Below, piece after piece: positions 41,055 to 51,341 of a DNA stretch of 64,000 bases; the first letter of the stretch is position 1, and each line of letters opens with the position of its first letter. The stretch is taken from the NCBI GenBank assembly GCA_965261085.1, contig OZ253442.1, forward strand, positions 1,152,001 to 1,216,000, given 5' to 3'. Made by a program: the position numbers and the translations under genes. The notes beneath the pieces are model-generated. The model saw nothing but the letters and a program-made list of their open reading frames with translations. It was not told the DNA's origin and searched no databases. Source of the stretch: a bacterium (lineage in GTDB: Bacteria; UBA8248).

Positions 41055-42083
41055 ATGAAGAATTGGGCGATCAGGTACCTTGGCATCGTGATTTGTACGG
41101 CAGCGATAGGAACAGCTCCTGCTATTGGTTCGGAGTATCCTCCCGAACTCGTTTCCGCCGCGAAGAAGGAAGGCAAGCTCGTTATCTACTGCTCTCACCG
41201 GCGCAAGATCATGATCCCGGCGAGCAAGGAGTTTGAAAGATTGTTCGGCATCAAGGTGGATCACACGCGGAAGTCGAGCAAGGGTGTCATCCGGATAGTC
41301 GAAGCCGAGCGCATGGCGGGACGGCAAAGGGTCGATATCATTTGCATCGGCGACAGGACGGCGCTGATCCGGTGGGGGAAAGAGAAGGAAGTGATCCCTT
41401 ATCAACCGAAAAACAAAAGCATGATGGACCCCATCTTGCGACCGAGGGAAAACTTCATCAACGACAAGTATGTTCTTAATATGGCCATCACCTACAACAC
41501 CAAGAAGGTGGCCAAGTCGGAAGTGCCGAAAACTTGGAAAGACCTTTTGGACCCCAAATGGAAGGACCGGATCGTCATGGCAGCTCCTTCAACGGGATCG
41601 GGGCTCGCCACTTTCGGCGTCTTATTAAAGAAATACGGTTGGAATTACTACAAAAAACTCGCGAGGAACCGTCCTCTGATCGTTATGCAGAGTAAGGCCG
41701 GCGAGGTTACGATCATTCGGGGAGAGCGGGATATCGGACCTGGCGTCGTCAGCGTAGCGAATAAGCTCAGGAGGAAGGGGGAACCCATCGGGATAGCATT
41801 AATGGAAGATGTCACGCCGATGTTTCTTGGCGGCTCCGTAATCTGGAAACACGGCGGCCACCCCAACGCGGCAAAGCTGTGGATGGAATTCGAGCTCAGC
41901 AAATTCTATCAGAATCTCATAGTCCAACAAAGTTATTTTGGGGTTCGCAAAGATATGCCATTGCCCAAAGGGGCGCCGTCCCTCAGCGGGTTGAATCGGG
42001 AAACGCCGGATTATAAATGGCTGCTGGCAAACAAGACGAAACTGCTGAAAAAGTTTGATAAAATCATGGGGAAACACAAATGA
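41055..42083 (+). CDS. ABC transporter substrate-binding protein (FbpA/AfuA-like)
   Basis: signal peptide, AAKKEGKLVIY, PKTWKDLLDPKWK, HPNAAKLW. Confidence 0.92.
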   Translation: MKNWAIRYLGIVICTAAIGTAPAIGSEYPPELVSAAKKEGKLVIYCSHRRKIMIPASKEFERLFGIKVDHTRKSSKGVIRIVEAERMAGRQRVDIICIGDRTALIRWGKEKEVIPYQPKNKSMMDPILRPRENFINDKYVLNMAITYNTKKVAKSEVPKTWKDLLDPKWKDRIVMAAPSTGSGLATFGVLLKKYGWNYYKKLARNRPLIVMQSKAGEVTIIRGERDIGPGVVSVANKLRRKGEPIGIALMEDVTPMFLGGSVIWKHGGHPNAAKLWMEFELSKFYQNLIVQQSYFGVRKDMPLPKGAPSLSGLNRETPDYKWLLANKTKLLKKFDKIMGKHK

Positions 42084-42142
42084 GTAAAATGAATAACAGT
42101 AGATCCATCTGATATGTCGAACCACTTTGAGGAGGGTTTCAA

Positions 42143-43435
42143 TTGACGCATGAAACTCGCGAGCAGAGGATCCGCCGTATCAAGGAGAAGTTAAGCCGGG
42201 ACCGCGGCCGGCCCAACGATGGCGTTCTCTTCGGGGTGGAGGTGGACCCCGATTATTTCGAGGCGTTCTCCCAGGTGGGCTGGGGCTTCTTCAATCGGGA
42301 TAAGCCCCGCCATGTGCCCGAAAAGATGCGGGCGATTCTCGCCGCGATCGTCACATGCTCGGTCCTCTGGAAGAAGGATCCAACGGAACCTGGCGCTACA
42401 CTCCACTGCGAGAGGGCGCTGGAGCATGGCGCCACCATGGAGGAGATTTTGGAGGCGTTCGAGGTTGCCGGCTTCGCGGGGGGACACCCGCTTCTCCTGA
42501 TGGGCCTGAGAGTTCTCAAGGAAATCGCCGGCAAAAAGGGCGGACTGAAAGAGCCCGGGAACGGGTTAGAGAGTCCGCGCGCTGGAGCCTCCTCGGAGAC
42601 TCGCGAGGAAAGGGTCCGCCGCATTACCGAGAAGATGGATCGGGACCGGGGCTATACCGACGAGGCCCTAGGCTTTGGCGCCCGACTGGACCCGGATTAC
42701 TTCGAACCGTACTCCGAGATAGGCTGGGGCTTCTTCAATCCGGATAGACCTCGCCACCTGCCCCAGAAGAATCGGGAAATCATCGCCGCCGTCGTCGTGG
42801 CTCTCAGGGGGAGCGAGGAGGACGCCTACCACCACTGCAAAAGGGCGCTCCAGCATGGCTCCACCATGGAGGAAGTCCTGGAGGCGTTCGAGGTGAGTGG
42901 CCTCCCCGGGGGAACTCCGCACCTACTGAGGGGCCTGAGGATCCTCAAACGGATTGCCGACGAAGGGGGAGGACTGAAAGATCCAATTGGTGGGCCTGGG
43001 GGCCCTCGCGGAAAAAGAATCCGCCGTATCACCGAGAAGATGAGCCGGGACCAAGGCCGGATCGACGAGGCCCTAGGCTTTGGCGCCCGACTGGACCCGG
43101 ATTACTTCGAACCGTACTCCGAGATAGGCTGGGGCTTCTTCAATCCGGACAAGCCCGGCCGCTTCTTGCCCCACAAGACGCGCGAAACAATTGCCGCGGC
43201 CCTGATGGCCTTCAGGACGGACGAGGAGGGCGTCGCCATCCACTGCAAGAGGGCGCTGGAGTACGGCGCCACCATCGAAGAAATGATAGAGGTGTTCGAA
43301 GTGTGTCTCGTCCCCGCGGGAGCCGGGGCCCAATTATTTGGGCTGAGGGCCCTTAAGCGCATCGTTGAGAGGGCGGGTGCGTCATGTGATGGAGGTTCTT
43401 GGATGAGTGAGCTGAAAGAGGAGGTTCTTGAATGA
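42143..43435 (+). CDS. protein with three tandem AhpD/carboxymuconolactone-decarboxylase-like domains
   Basis: 3x DPDYFE..S..GWGFFN...HC.RAL.HG.T.EE..E.FEV; TTG start after GGAGG. Confidence 0.85.
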   Translation: MTHETREQRIRRIKEKLSRDRGRPNDGVLFGVEVDPDYFEAFSQVGWGFFNRDKPRHVPEKMRAILAAIVTCSVLWKKDPTEPGATLHCERALEHGATMEEILEAFEVAGFAGGHPLLLMGLRVLKEIAGKKGGLKEPGNGLESPRAGASSETREERVRRITEKMDRDRGYTDEALGFGARLDPDYFEPYSEIGWGFFNPDRPRHLPQKNREIIAAVVVALRGSEEDAYHHCKRALQHGSTMEEVLEAFEVSGLPGGTPHLLRGLRILKRIADEGGGLKDPIGGPGGPRGKRIRRITEKMSRDQGRIDEALGFGARLDPDYFEPYSEIGWGFFNPDKPGRFLPHKTRETIAAALMAFRTDEEGVAIHCKRALEYGATIEEMIEVFEVCLVPAGAGAQLFGLRALKRIVERAGASCDGGSWMSELKEEVLE

Positions 43436-44082
43436 GCGAGCTGAAAGAGCCCATCGTGGTGGTGAAGTATTCCGATTTCACCTGACCCTACTGCTATGTG
43501 GCCACCGTCGGTGGAATCCCGATTCTGGAGCAGGATCCGGACGTGGAGGTCGAGTGGGTGAGCTGGGAGGGAAGGCCGCCCGGCGCCCCGTTCAAGTCCT
43601 TCACGCCGGAGGAGCGGCAGGAAGTCTACCAGAAGGTGCACAAGCCCCTAGCGGACAAGTACGGAGTGGATATCATCGTCGTCTCAAAGAACAGCTACCG
43701 CACCACGAACGCCCACATGACCTCCTTCTACGCCCGGGACATGGGCAAGTTCGTGGGGTTCCGGGACCGGGTGTACCAGGCCCTCTGGGTGGACAACCTC
43801 GACCTGGAGAGCCCCGACGTGCTCGCCCGGCTCGGGGAGGATGTGGGCCTCGACGGGGATGAGATCCGGAAGGTGATCGAGGAGAAGCGCTACTTCGGCG
43901 CGCTCCAGAGCCAGCGCGCCCAGGGAAAGAGTCTCGGGATCTTCGGCATCCCCTGCTTCGTGGTGGAGGGCAAGATCTTCTGGGGAAAAGACGTGATCGA
44001 CGATCTAAAAGAGGAGGTCGCGCGGCTGAAAAAAGAGAAGCTCGCCGAGCAGGTAAAAGAGGAATGGGGCTGTCCTAGCTAA
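43432..44082 (+). CDS. DsbA/FrnE-like thioredoxin-fold selenoprotein (UxxC)
   Basis: MSELKEPIVVVKYSDFT-U(TGA 43483-43485)-PYC; GIFGIPCF; CCACC-GTC-GGTGG hairpin after UGA; ATGA coupling to upstream gene. Confidence 0.88.
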
Positions 44083-44785
44083 GCGGCTTGTTTAGTCTAG
44101 GATGGCGTGATGTACGAGAGGAAAAGCCGGCTCAGTGATTGGAAGCGCGGTCGTCTGATTGAGCACTTCGTTGCCGGTACGACGGCTCGGGCGGCAGCCG
44201 AACTGGTTGGCGTCCACCGGAACACGGCGGTCTCATTTTATACTCGGCTTCGCAAGGTGATTGCCGAGGCAATGGAGAAGGCCTCGCCTTTTGCCGGAGA
44301 GATCGAGGTTGATGAGAGTTATTTTGGCGGCCGCCGCAAAGGCAAGCGGGGTCGAGGCGCTGGCGGAAAAGTCCCGGTTTTCGGGCTTTTGAAGCGAGGT
44401 GGGAAAGTCTACACGGCGATGATCCCCAATGCCCGGACTGCCACGTTGATGCCGATTATGGAGCGTATGATCCGGCCTGACAGCATCGTCTATACGGACG
44501 GTTTTTCGAGCTATGATGCCCTGGACGTTTCGGACTTCCACCATGTTCGGATCAATCACTCGGAGCGGTTCGTCGATGAGCGGAGCCATATCAACGGGAC
44601 CGAGAACTTCTGGAACCAGGCGAAGCGGCATTTACGGCGCTTCAATGGCGTCCCGAAACAGAGCTTTCACCTGTTCCTGAAGGAGTGCGAATGGCGGTTC
44701 AACGGAGGTGATCACCGAGAACTGCTTAACCAATTGAAGACATGGATCATTTTGAGACAGAAACGTACTTAGCTAGGACAGCCCC
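44066..44785 (+). mobile_element. IS1595 family (IS1016-like) insertion sequence
   Basis: 18-bp IR GGGGCTGTCCTAGCTAAG / CTTAGCTAGGACAGCCCC; AAGAGGAA duplicated on both flanks. Confidence 0.95.
44110..44772 (+). CDS. IS1595 family transposase
   Basis: EIEVDESYFGG, GRGAGGKVPVFG, VYTDG, HINGTENFW, LKECEWRFN. Confidence 0.96.
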   Translation: MYERKSRLSDWKRGRLIEHFVAGTTARAAAELVGVHRNTAVSFYTRLRKVIAEAMEKASPFAGEIEVDESYFGGRRKGKRGRGAGGKVPVFGLLKRGGKVYTAMIPNARTATLMPIMERMIRPDSIVYTDGFSSYDALDVSDFHHVRINHSERFVDERSHINGTENFWNQAKRHLRRFNGVPKQSFHLFLKECEWRFNGGDHRELLNQLKTWIILRQKRT

Positions 44786-44875
44786 AAGAGGAAAGCTAAG
44801 CGCAACTTCGTGCTTAAATGGACAGAGAGATCTATTCGTTAAAGCCGCGTCAGAGCAGACACAATGAGGGGAGAA

Positions 44876-45154
44876 ATGAGCTAGTACAAAAGCGAAATTC
44901 GAGGCGGCATGCGCATCGACTGGGACGTTCCGCTCGAAATTGACGATGACGTAGTTCTGCGTGCCGACGTCTTTCGGCCCGTCGAGGAGAGGAATATTCA
45001 CAAAGACAGAGGCTTCGTCTACGATGTTTTGGGTTTCGGCGCCCAGCTCGACTCCGACTCTTTCGAAGTCTACTCCCAGATGCACTACGGCTTTTTCAAA
45101 GAAGAACCTCGCAACCTCGATCCCAAGACCCGCGAGCTGATCGAGAATCAATAG
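44876..45154 (+). pseudogene. chimeric remnant: CocE/NonD hydrolase N-terminus fused to a CMD-like fragment
   Basis: MS*YKSEIRGGMRIDWDVPLEIDDDVVLRADVFRP then DRGF...LD.D.FEVYSQ..YGFF, similar to the 42143 repeats. Confidence 0.65.
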
Positions 45155-45171
45155 AAATTTAAGGAAATGGT

Positions 45172-46908
45172 ATGGCGGTAGCAACGTCAAGTCGCGGTTC
45201 TCTCTGGTTGGGCCTCGTGGGGGCAGTGCGCGGCTGGCGCCATGAAGCCCTTCGCTCGCTTATTTTTCTCGCCACCGCCATTATCCTCGGATTTTTTGTC
45301 CTCTACCCTCTTGGAATTTTGTTCAAGCGAAGCCTGTACGACTACGACGTACAAGTGTGGACCCTGAACAACTACAGGACCTTTTTCTCTGATCCGGAAC
45401 TTCTCGATGCTTTCTGGACCACGATCAAGCTTGCAATCGGGACATCCATATTTTCCCTCGTTGTAGCGCTTCCGATGGCGTGGGGAGTTTCCCGGACGGA
45501 CATGCCTTTCCGGGGATTCATCCGCTCCATGGTGGTGCTCACCTTCGCCACCCCGAGCTTCCTGGGGGCGATTGGATGGATTGTCCTGCTCGGTCCCCGG
45601 GCGGGCATATTGAACAAGGCATTCATGTGGATTTTCTCGACCGACACACCGCTGTTCAACATCTTCAGTTTCGCCGGGATGACCTTCGTAATGGGGTTGT
45701 TCGTCTATCCTTTCCTTTTCTTCTCGGTCGTCTCGGCGCTCGACAACATGGACCCGAGCTACGAGCAGGCCGCCCGGATCCTGGGTTCCAACAACTTCCG
45801 GGTGATGCGGACCGTGACCCTTCCCATTGTCACCCCGGCTATCCTGTCAGGGCTCATACTCGTAATTTTGGAGAGTTTTGTCGTTTTCGGAGCGCCGGCC
45901 ATTGTGGGAAACCCTGTCCATATCCAGACCCTATCGACCCAGGTCTATACCCTGTTTTCGAACGATCCGCCCCAATTCCACATGGCCGCGACGGCAGCGA
46001 CGCCGATTGTCATCGTGACCGCAATCTTGCTGGTCCTCCAGCGCTTTTATCTGGGGCGGAAGCAATACGTCACCATCACCGGCAAATCTCCTCAGCCCCA
46101 ATTGGTGGATATCGGCCGGTGGAAATATGCTCTCGGGGCATATTCGTACGGCATCGTCTTCGTGAGCATCATTCTCCCGATGCTGGCGCTTTTCGAGTCC
46201 TCCATCCTGCGCATCTGGGGCGCTCCGCTTTCATTTTCCAATCTCACTTTCGAGAACTACATCAACCTGTTCACCACCTCGGACGTCGTGGTGCGCGCGT
46301 TCACGAACAGTTTCAAGCTCGCTGTCGGCGCCGCCTTTGTCTGTATCGGGTTTACCTTTGTCATGGCGTGGATCGTCGAACGAACGAATGTGCCCGGAAA
46401 GGAGGGCCTCGCGCTGCTTTCGATGATCGGAATGGCGTTTCCCGGGGTCGCCCTCGGGGTGGCGCTCGTGCTCGCGTTCGCGGGCGGCCCGCTCCCGCTC
46501 TACGGCACCCTTTGGCTGTTCCTCATCGGCTACTTCGTCAAGGGAACGCCCATCGCCTTCATGTTCGCCCGGGCCTCCCTGAAGCAGATTCACGAGGAGC
46601 TTGAGCAGAGCTCGCGCATCCTCGGGGCGCACTGGGCCAAGACGATGAAGGACATCACCCTTCCTCTCATGAAGAAGGCGTTGCTCTCCGTCGGAACGAT
46701 CATTTTCTGCCTGAAATTCCGCGAAATGGCGACTTCCATCATGCTCTACACGGGCGGGCTCGAGGTGATCTCGATCCTCATCTTCGAATACATCGAAGAG
46801 GCGGAGATGGGAACCCTGGGCGCCCTGACGTTCCTCGTATTTTGCGTTAATCTGACTCTTATCGGGCTTTCCCGCAGAATCGTGGGAAAGGGCGCGTTCG
46901 AGATGTGA
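45172..46908 (+). CDS. ABC permease (FbpB-type, duplicated)
   Basis: two EAA-like motifs (YEQAARILG, LEQSSRILG), many TM segments. Confidence 0.95.
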   Translation: MAVATSSRGSLWLGLVGAVRGWRHEALRSLIFLATAIILGFFVLYPLGILFKRSLYDYDVQVWTLNNYRTFFSDPELLDAFWTTIKLAIGTSIFSLVVALPMAWGVSRTDMPFRGFIRSMVVLTFATPSFLGAIGWIVLLGPRAGILNKAFMWIFSTDTPLFNIFSFAGMTFVMGLFVYPFLFFSVVSALDNMDPSYEQAARILGSNNFRVMRTVTLPIVTPAILSGLILVILESFVVFGAPAIVGNPVHIQTLSTQVYTLFSNDPPQFHMAATAATPIVIVTAILLVLQRFYLGRKQYVTITGKSPQPQLVDIGRWKYALGAYSYGIVFVSIILPMLALFESSILRIWGAPLSFSNLTFENYINLFTTSDVVVRAFTNSFKLAVGAAFVCIGFTFVMAWIVERTNVPGKEGLALLSMIGMAFPGVALGVALVLAFAGGPLPLYGTLWLFLIGYFVKGTPIAFMFARASLKQIHEELEQSSRILGAHWAKTMKDITLPLMKKALLSVGTIIFCLKFREMATSIMLYTGGLEVISILIFEYIEEAEMGTLGALTFLVFCVNLTLIGLSRRIVGKGAFEM

Positions 46909-46920
46909 GGCGGGAAACCG

Positions 46921-48006
46921 ATGCCGGATCTATCCATTAACGGCCTGACGAAGGCCTTCGGCGAGACCATCGCCGTCAATGACCTTTCGCTCGAATTCAA
47001 AGAGGGCGAATCGGTGGTGCTGCTCGGCCCGAGTGGGTGCGGAAAGACCACGCTCCTCAAGCTGATCGCGGGTTTCCTCCAGCCAGGCGCGGGCGAGATC
47101 GCCATTGGCGGCCGGGTCATCTCGACCCGCCACGAGATGCTTCCCCCGGACCACAGGAAAATGTCGATGGTGTTCCAGTCCTACGCCATCTGGCCGCACA
47201 AGTCGGTGTTCCAGAACGTGGCCTACGGGCTCGAAGTGCGGAAGATCAAAAAGGCCGAGATCGAAAGGAAAGTGATGAACGCCCTTTCCCTCGTCCAACT
47301 CGACGGCCTCGAGGGCCGCTACTCCACCGAGCTCTCGGGCGGACAGCAGCAGCGCGTGGCCCTGGCGCGAGCGATCGTGGTCGAACCCTCCCTTCTTCTG
47401 CTGGACGAGCCTCTCTCGAACCTCGACGCCAACCTCAGGGTTGAGATGCGCGGGGAGCTGGCCGACCTCCACGACCGGCTGGGCATCACGTTCATCTACG
47501 TCACCCACGATCAGGCCGAGGCGATGGTCCTGGGGGATCGGGTCGTTTTGATGAATCAGGGAGTCATGGTCCAGCAGGGCCCGCCCGAGGAGATCTACGA
47601 GACCCCAAAGACCCGTTTCGCGGCGAATTTCATGGGGACCTCGAACATTTTCACCGGGTCGGTGGCCAGCGGGGCCGGTGCCAACGGCGCGATCCGGGTG
47701 GACACGAAGTTCGGGCCGGTCGCCGTGGCGCTGGGCGCCAGGCAGGCCCCCCCCACGGGGGAGGAGGTGCACTTCTGCATCCGGTCCGAACTCGTTCAGA
47801 TTCATCCGGGCGCGCCTTCTCCCGAGTCCAACCGGTATACGGCACGGATCCTCAAGCGGCAGTACTACGGCAAGCACGTTCAGTACGTCATGGATCTCGC
47901 GGGCGAGGAGCTTCAGGTGGAGTCTTTATCGGACATGAACGTCTCGGCGGGATCGGAAGTGACTATCGAATTACCTCCGGAGCATTGTGTGTTCCTGGAG
48001 GAGTAA
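46921..48006 (+). CDS. ABC ATP-binding protein (PotA/FbpC-like)
   Basis: [26 protein letters not shown]-like tail. Confidence 0.96.
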   Translation: MPDLSINGLTKAFGETIAVNDLSLEFKEGESVVLLGPSGCGKTTLLKLIAGFLQPGAGEIAIGGRVISTRHEMLPPDHRKMSMVFQSYAIWPHKSVFQNVAYGLEVRKIKKAEIERKVMNALSLVQLDGLEGRYSTELSGGQQQRVALARAIVVEPSLLLLDEPLSNLDANLRVEMRGELADLHDRLGITFIYVTHDQAEAMVLGDRVVLMNQGVMVQQGPPEEIYETPKTRFAANFMGTSNIFTGSVASGAGANGAIRVDTKFGPVAVALGARQAPPTGEEVHFCIRSELVQIHPGAPSPESNRYTARILKRQYYGKHVQYVMDLAGEELQVESLSDMNVSAGSEVTIELPPEHCVFLEE

Positions 48007-48458
48007 CCGGAAACCACTCGGTGCATCGGCACACATCACACAGGGGAGAACATCATGGGTAGAAAGCTGTTTGTCATCGTGGCGGCCGCGGCTTTTGCGG
48101 CGGCGGGGTTGCCGTGACTTGCCCTCAAGATACATGAGGCCAGAAAACCCACCAGCGTGATTGTGGCGGCTGTCTGCAATCGGTGGATAAGGTGACTCTA
48201 TCATCAGATGCAGCGGCAGGCCGCATGAGTGAGAGGGAGACACGGTCGCCTTCCCGCGCTTGCGACGGCGAAATCGAGCCCCCTTGGGCTTCAAAGCTCG
48301 GTCTAAGATAGGTCAGCCGTCGCCCTCTCAAAGCACCCAGATGGGCAAGACTCACAAGCCAACGCTCGGATAGAAGAATAGGACTCGCGGCTGCCTGGTT
48401 GAGAAAATACCTTAACGCGCAACGGGCTTTCATAGAAGGGGGGAACGTCAGGAAGAAT

Positions 48459-48548
48459 TCAGCGATACACTGCAATATGATAGGCAGCTATCAATATCGC
48501 CAGAAAGAGAACCGCAAACGGCAATAAGGGAAGGAGAAGAGTTCTCAT
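48459..48548 (-). CDS. 29-aa hydrophobic peptide downstream of TauE
   Basis: MRTLLLPLLPFAVLFLAILIAAYHIAVYR, single TM. Confidence 0.35.
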   Translation of the reverse strand: MRTLLLPLLPFAVLFLAILIAAYHIAVYR

Positions 48549-48571
48549 TTTTCGGAAGAACGGCGGTGTTT

Positions 48572-49729
48572 TCATATCTTGAAGGGAAGTCCAATCAAGT
48601 AGTTCAATAGATACACCAAGCCACCCAGGCCGCTCAGGATCCCCAGCATCAGCTTGAGGTAGTGTTCGGGCACGAATTTCTGCGTTTTGGATGCGCACCA
48701 TGCCCCCATTACAGCGGAGGAAGCGACCAGGAAGCCCCATCCCCACTCCGAATTTACATAACCGCCAGTGAGCAGGGGGAGAGTGACGTTGTAGGCGAAG
48801 AACCCGACGAGCGACTGCACCACGACGAACGGGATGGAGGCGGCCACGACCACAAACATCGGGAGCCGGTAAATCTTCACCAAGAGCGGGGTCATTAAGA
48901 ACCCTCCGCCCACGCCTATCGTAGAGGATACTAGGCCGACCCCTGTCCCCAGAAGCAGCAGCAGGGGCGGACACAAAGTATAGCTCTCATCCCAAAAGGA
49001 AATGGTGATTCTCCGCCACGAACGCTCCAGCGTATGAATCATCGCCTTCTCCGGGATGCCAGAGGGATTCTTACCTTCTCGGAGCATTTTCTTCACATGG
49101 GCGTCGAACTTCGCCTTGAATGTTGTGAGGTCGCGCCTCCGGGCCAGATACCGCGGCGTGACCTCGTACATCAGATGACCCCCCAAATAGAAAAGCCCTG
49201 CGCCGATCAATGCCTTGATGGGAGCCGGCTGAGACAGGAAGTACACCCGAATGAAGGGGCCAGCCTGCGACCCCACCAGCGTGCCGAGGCAAAGCCACAG
49301 AGCAATGTCCAGGTTCCAGCGCCTCTCTCGCCAGAAGCCCATGAGCGCGCCATAGGGATTGAGGAATGTAATGAGAAGGTGGGTGGGGGTTACGGCGAGC
49401 GTCTGAAAATTCAGCACAGACATCGAGTAAGGGAGCGCGAGAAGACCGCTGGCCTCACCCACCAGCGCCATGATGTAGCCGGTCCAGAAGCCCAGCCAGA
49501 GAAGATGCCACAATGGGACCGCCACTTCGGCGAGGGGATACGGTCGATCTCCTCCCGGCATGAAACCATGCTGCAAGTAGTTAGCGGCAATCCCGAGGAC
49601 AAACAGAGAAATCACGAAGGGAGCCTGATCCAGCAGAAACTCCCGCAGGATGGGATGTCGAGAAAGTAATTTCTTTGGAAGCATCTCGCCCTCTTCAATG
49701 GAAACAGATGTCTTTTCGGAGTCAACCAT
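48572..49729 (-). CDS. sulfite exporter TauE/SafE family protein
   Basis: GVGGGFLMTP, GTLVGSQAG, multi-TM. Confidence 0.9.
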   Translation of the reverse strand: MVDSEKTSVSIEEGEMLPKKLLSRHPILREFLLDQAPFVISLFVLGIAANYLQHGFMPGGDRPYPLAEVAVPLWHLLWLGFWTGYIMALVGEASGLLALPYSMSVLNFQTLAVTPTHLLITFLNPYGALMGFWRERRWNLDIALWLCLGTLVGSQAGPFIRVYFLSQPAPIKALIGAGLFYLGGHLMYEVTPRYLARRRDLTTFKAKFDAHVKKMLREGKNPSGIPEKAMIHTLERSWRRITISFWDESYTLCPPLLLLLGTGVGLVSSTIGVGGGFLMTPLLVKIYRLPMFVVVAASIPFVVVQSLVGFFAYNVTLPLLTGGYVNSEWGWGFLVASSAVMGAWCASKTQKFVPEHYLKLMLGILSGLGGLVYLLNYLIGLPFKI

Positions 49730-50050
49730 ATGGCGTGCCCAATAAATCCCAGTCGGCGAAACCCCTATCGTCATGCCACAACATTTGAAGCAAGGGAGCA
49801 AGAACAATGGCATGGAGGAATTCTGGGACTGCAGACGCTCATGGTTCCGCCTCACTGCAAGACAAGGTCAGATTCGACGACTGAGCCATAATCAAATTCT
49901 TGTTCGTTTTTCATCTAGCGATGTCAAGTTCAACTGCCTAGGTTCGCCGTCCGCATCCCATTTCCCGAGCTTCAAACGGGGAAAATGCCCTCTTGACACC
50001 TGTCCGAGTTAATGAGAAAGTTCCGTAAATTAGCATAAGAGGTCCGGAAA

Positions 50051-50836
50051 ATGAAACTACTCGAAAAGTTGTTGTCCATCTTGGACCTTTTTACCTCCCA
50101 GCGGCCGGTCCTGACATTCCCGGAAGTGGTCAAGCTTTCGGGATTCCCCAAGAGCACCGCACTCCGACTTACGCGAACCTTGGAGGAGTCGGGTCTCATT
50201 CAGCGAACGAGCACCGGACGGGGTTGGGTCTTGGGCCTAAGGCTCATCGGAATGCTGAGAAGCCTGGTCCATCAGGACGTGGTGGCCAGCAGCTCCTATC
50301 ATATGCGCCATCTCCGTGATCGAACGCAAGAAACGGTGTGCCTATGGAGAAAGATGGGCAATGCGCGTGCGTGTGTCATGCAGTTCGAAAGCTCACACGA
50401 ATTGCGGATGGCCGCCGAGCTCGGCAAACTTGTTCCCCTCTATTGCGGAGGGGCGGGGAAAATTCTGCTGGCGCACTTGAGCCAGGAGGAGACCGACCAA
50501 TATTTCCGACAGGTCCTGCTCAAGCCCGTCGGCCCTTCGACAGTCGTGCGCGAAGAAGAACTGCGGCGCGAGCTTCCGCGCATCAAGGCCAAGGGGGTAT
50601 CCATTGGGGTTCAAGAGCGGACCGTGGGCGGCGTGGGCATCGCGGCGCCAATCTATACGGCGAACGGCTGTGTGGACTATTGCATCAGCCTCTACGTGCC
50701 TGATTTGAGATTTTCCCGTAAAGCGAAATCGAATCTCACACGGGAACTCCGAATAGCGGTATCTGATATCAGTAAGGATTTGGGATTTCGAATAGATTTG
50801 CTTTCGTCAAATCTGTCTTATGGGAGATTGGCATGA
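50051..50836 (+). CDS. IclR family regulator
   Basis: PKSTALRLTRTL HTH; PLYCGGAGKILLA; GIAAPI. Confidence 0.95.
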   Translation: MKLLEKLLSILDLFTSQRPVLTFPEVVKLSGFPKSTALRLTRTLEESGLIQRTSTGRGWVLGLRLIGMLRSLVHQDVVASSSYHMRHLRDRTQETVCLWRKMGNARACVMQFESSHELRMAAELGKLVPLYCGGAGKILLAHLSQEETDQYFRQVLLKPVGPSTVVREEELRRELPRIKAKGVSIGVQERTVGGVGIAAPIYTANGCVDYCISLYVPDLRFSRKAKSNLTRELRIAVSDISKDLGFRIDLLSSNLSYGRLA

Positions 50837-51300
50837 GAGAATTTGAAGGGAGAAAATTCATCGCTTTCGGCGAGCGAGACGGCGTCCAGGGGCGCCTGAT
50901 CGGCGAATGCCTGCGCGGCGGGGGACTAGAAGTGGTCCTCGAACTGACCCAGTGCTTCGTCTGAACCGCGGCGGGAGGCATGGACTTTGAAAACCAAGCC
51001 TCCATCAAGCGCCTCGTCGAGGCGCACGGCAAAGAGAACCTAATCGCAGTCCTGGGTGCCAAGGATCCGAGCACCATCGAAACAATGGGGGTTACCCTCA
51101 CCAAGGGTGACCCCAGCTACGCGGGACCGCTGGGAGGGGTGGAGCTCGATCTCCCCTTCTACCACATATTCGAGCCCGCCTTCGAAGCGATCATCCCGGA
51201 AGCGCTTTACCAGGAGAAATTGGAGTTCCCCAAGCTGTCGACTGACTTGGACTCTCTGTTCGGAGCCATCGAGAAGGTGCGCAGCTTGAGCGCCGGCTAG
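50833..51300 (+). CDS. grdA: glycine/sarcosine/betaine reductase selenoprotein A
   Basis: GERDGV...TQCFV-U(TGA 50962-50964)-TAAGGMDFENQ, GDPSYAGPL; GGAGGC..GCCTCC hairpin 50974-51003. Confidence 0.96.
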
Positions 51301-51341
51301 CGGGGCACATCGGCTCGGCAAAATATAATGGGAGGTTCCCG

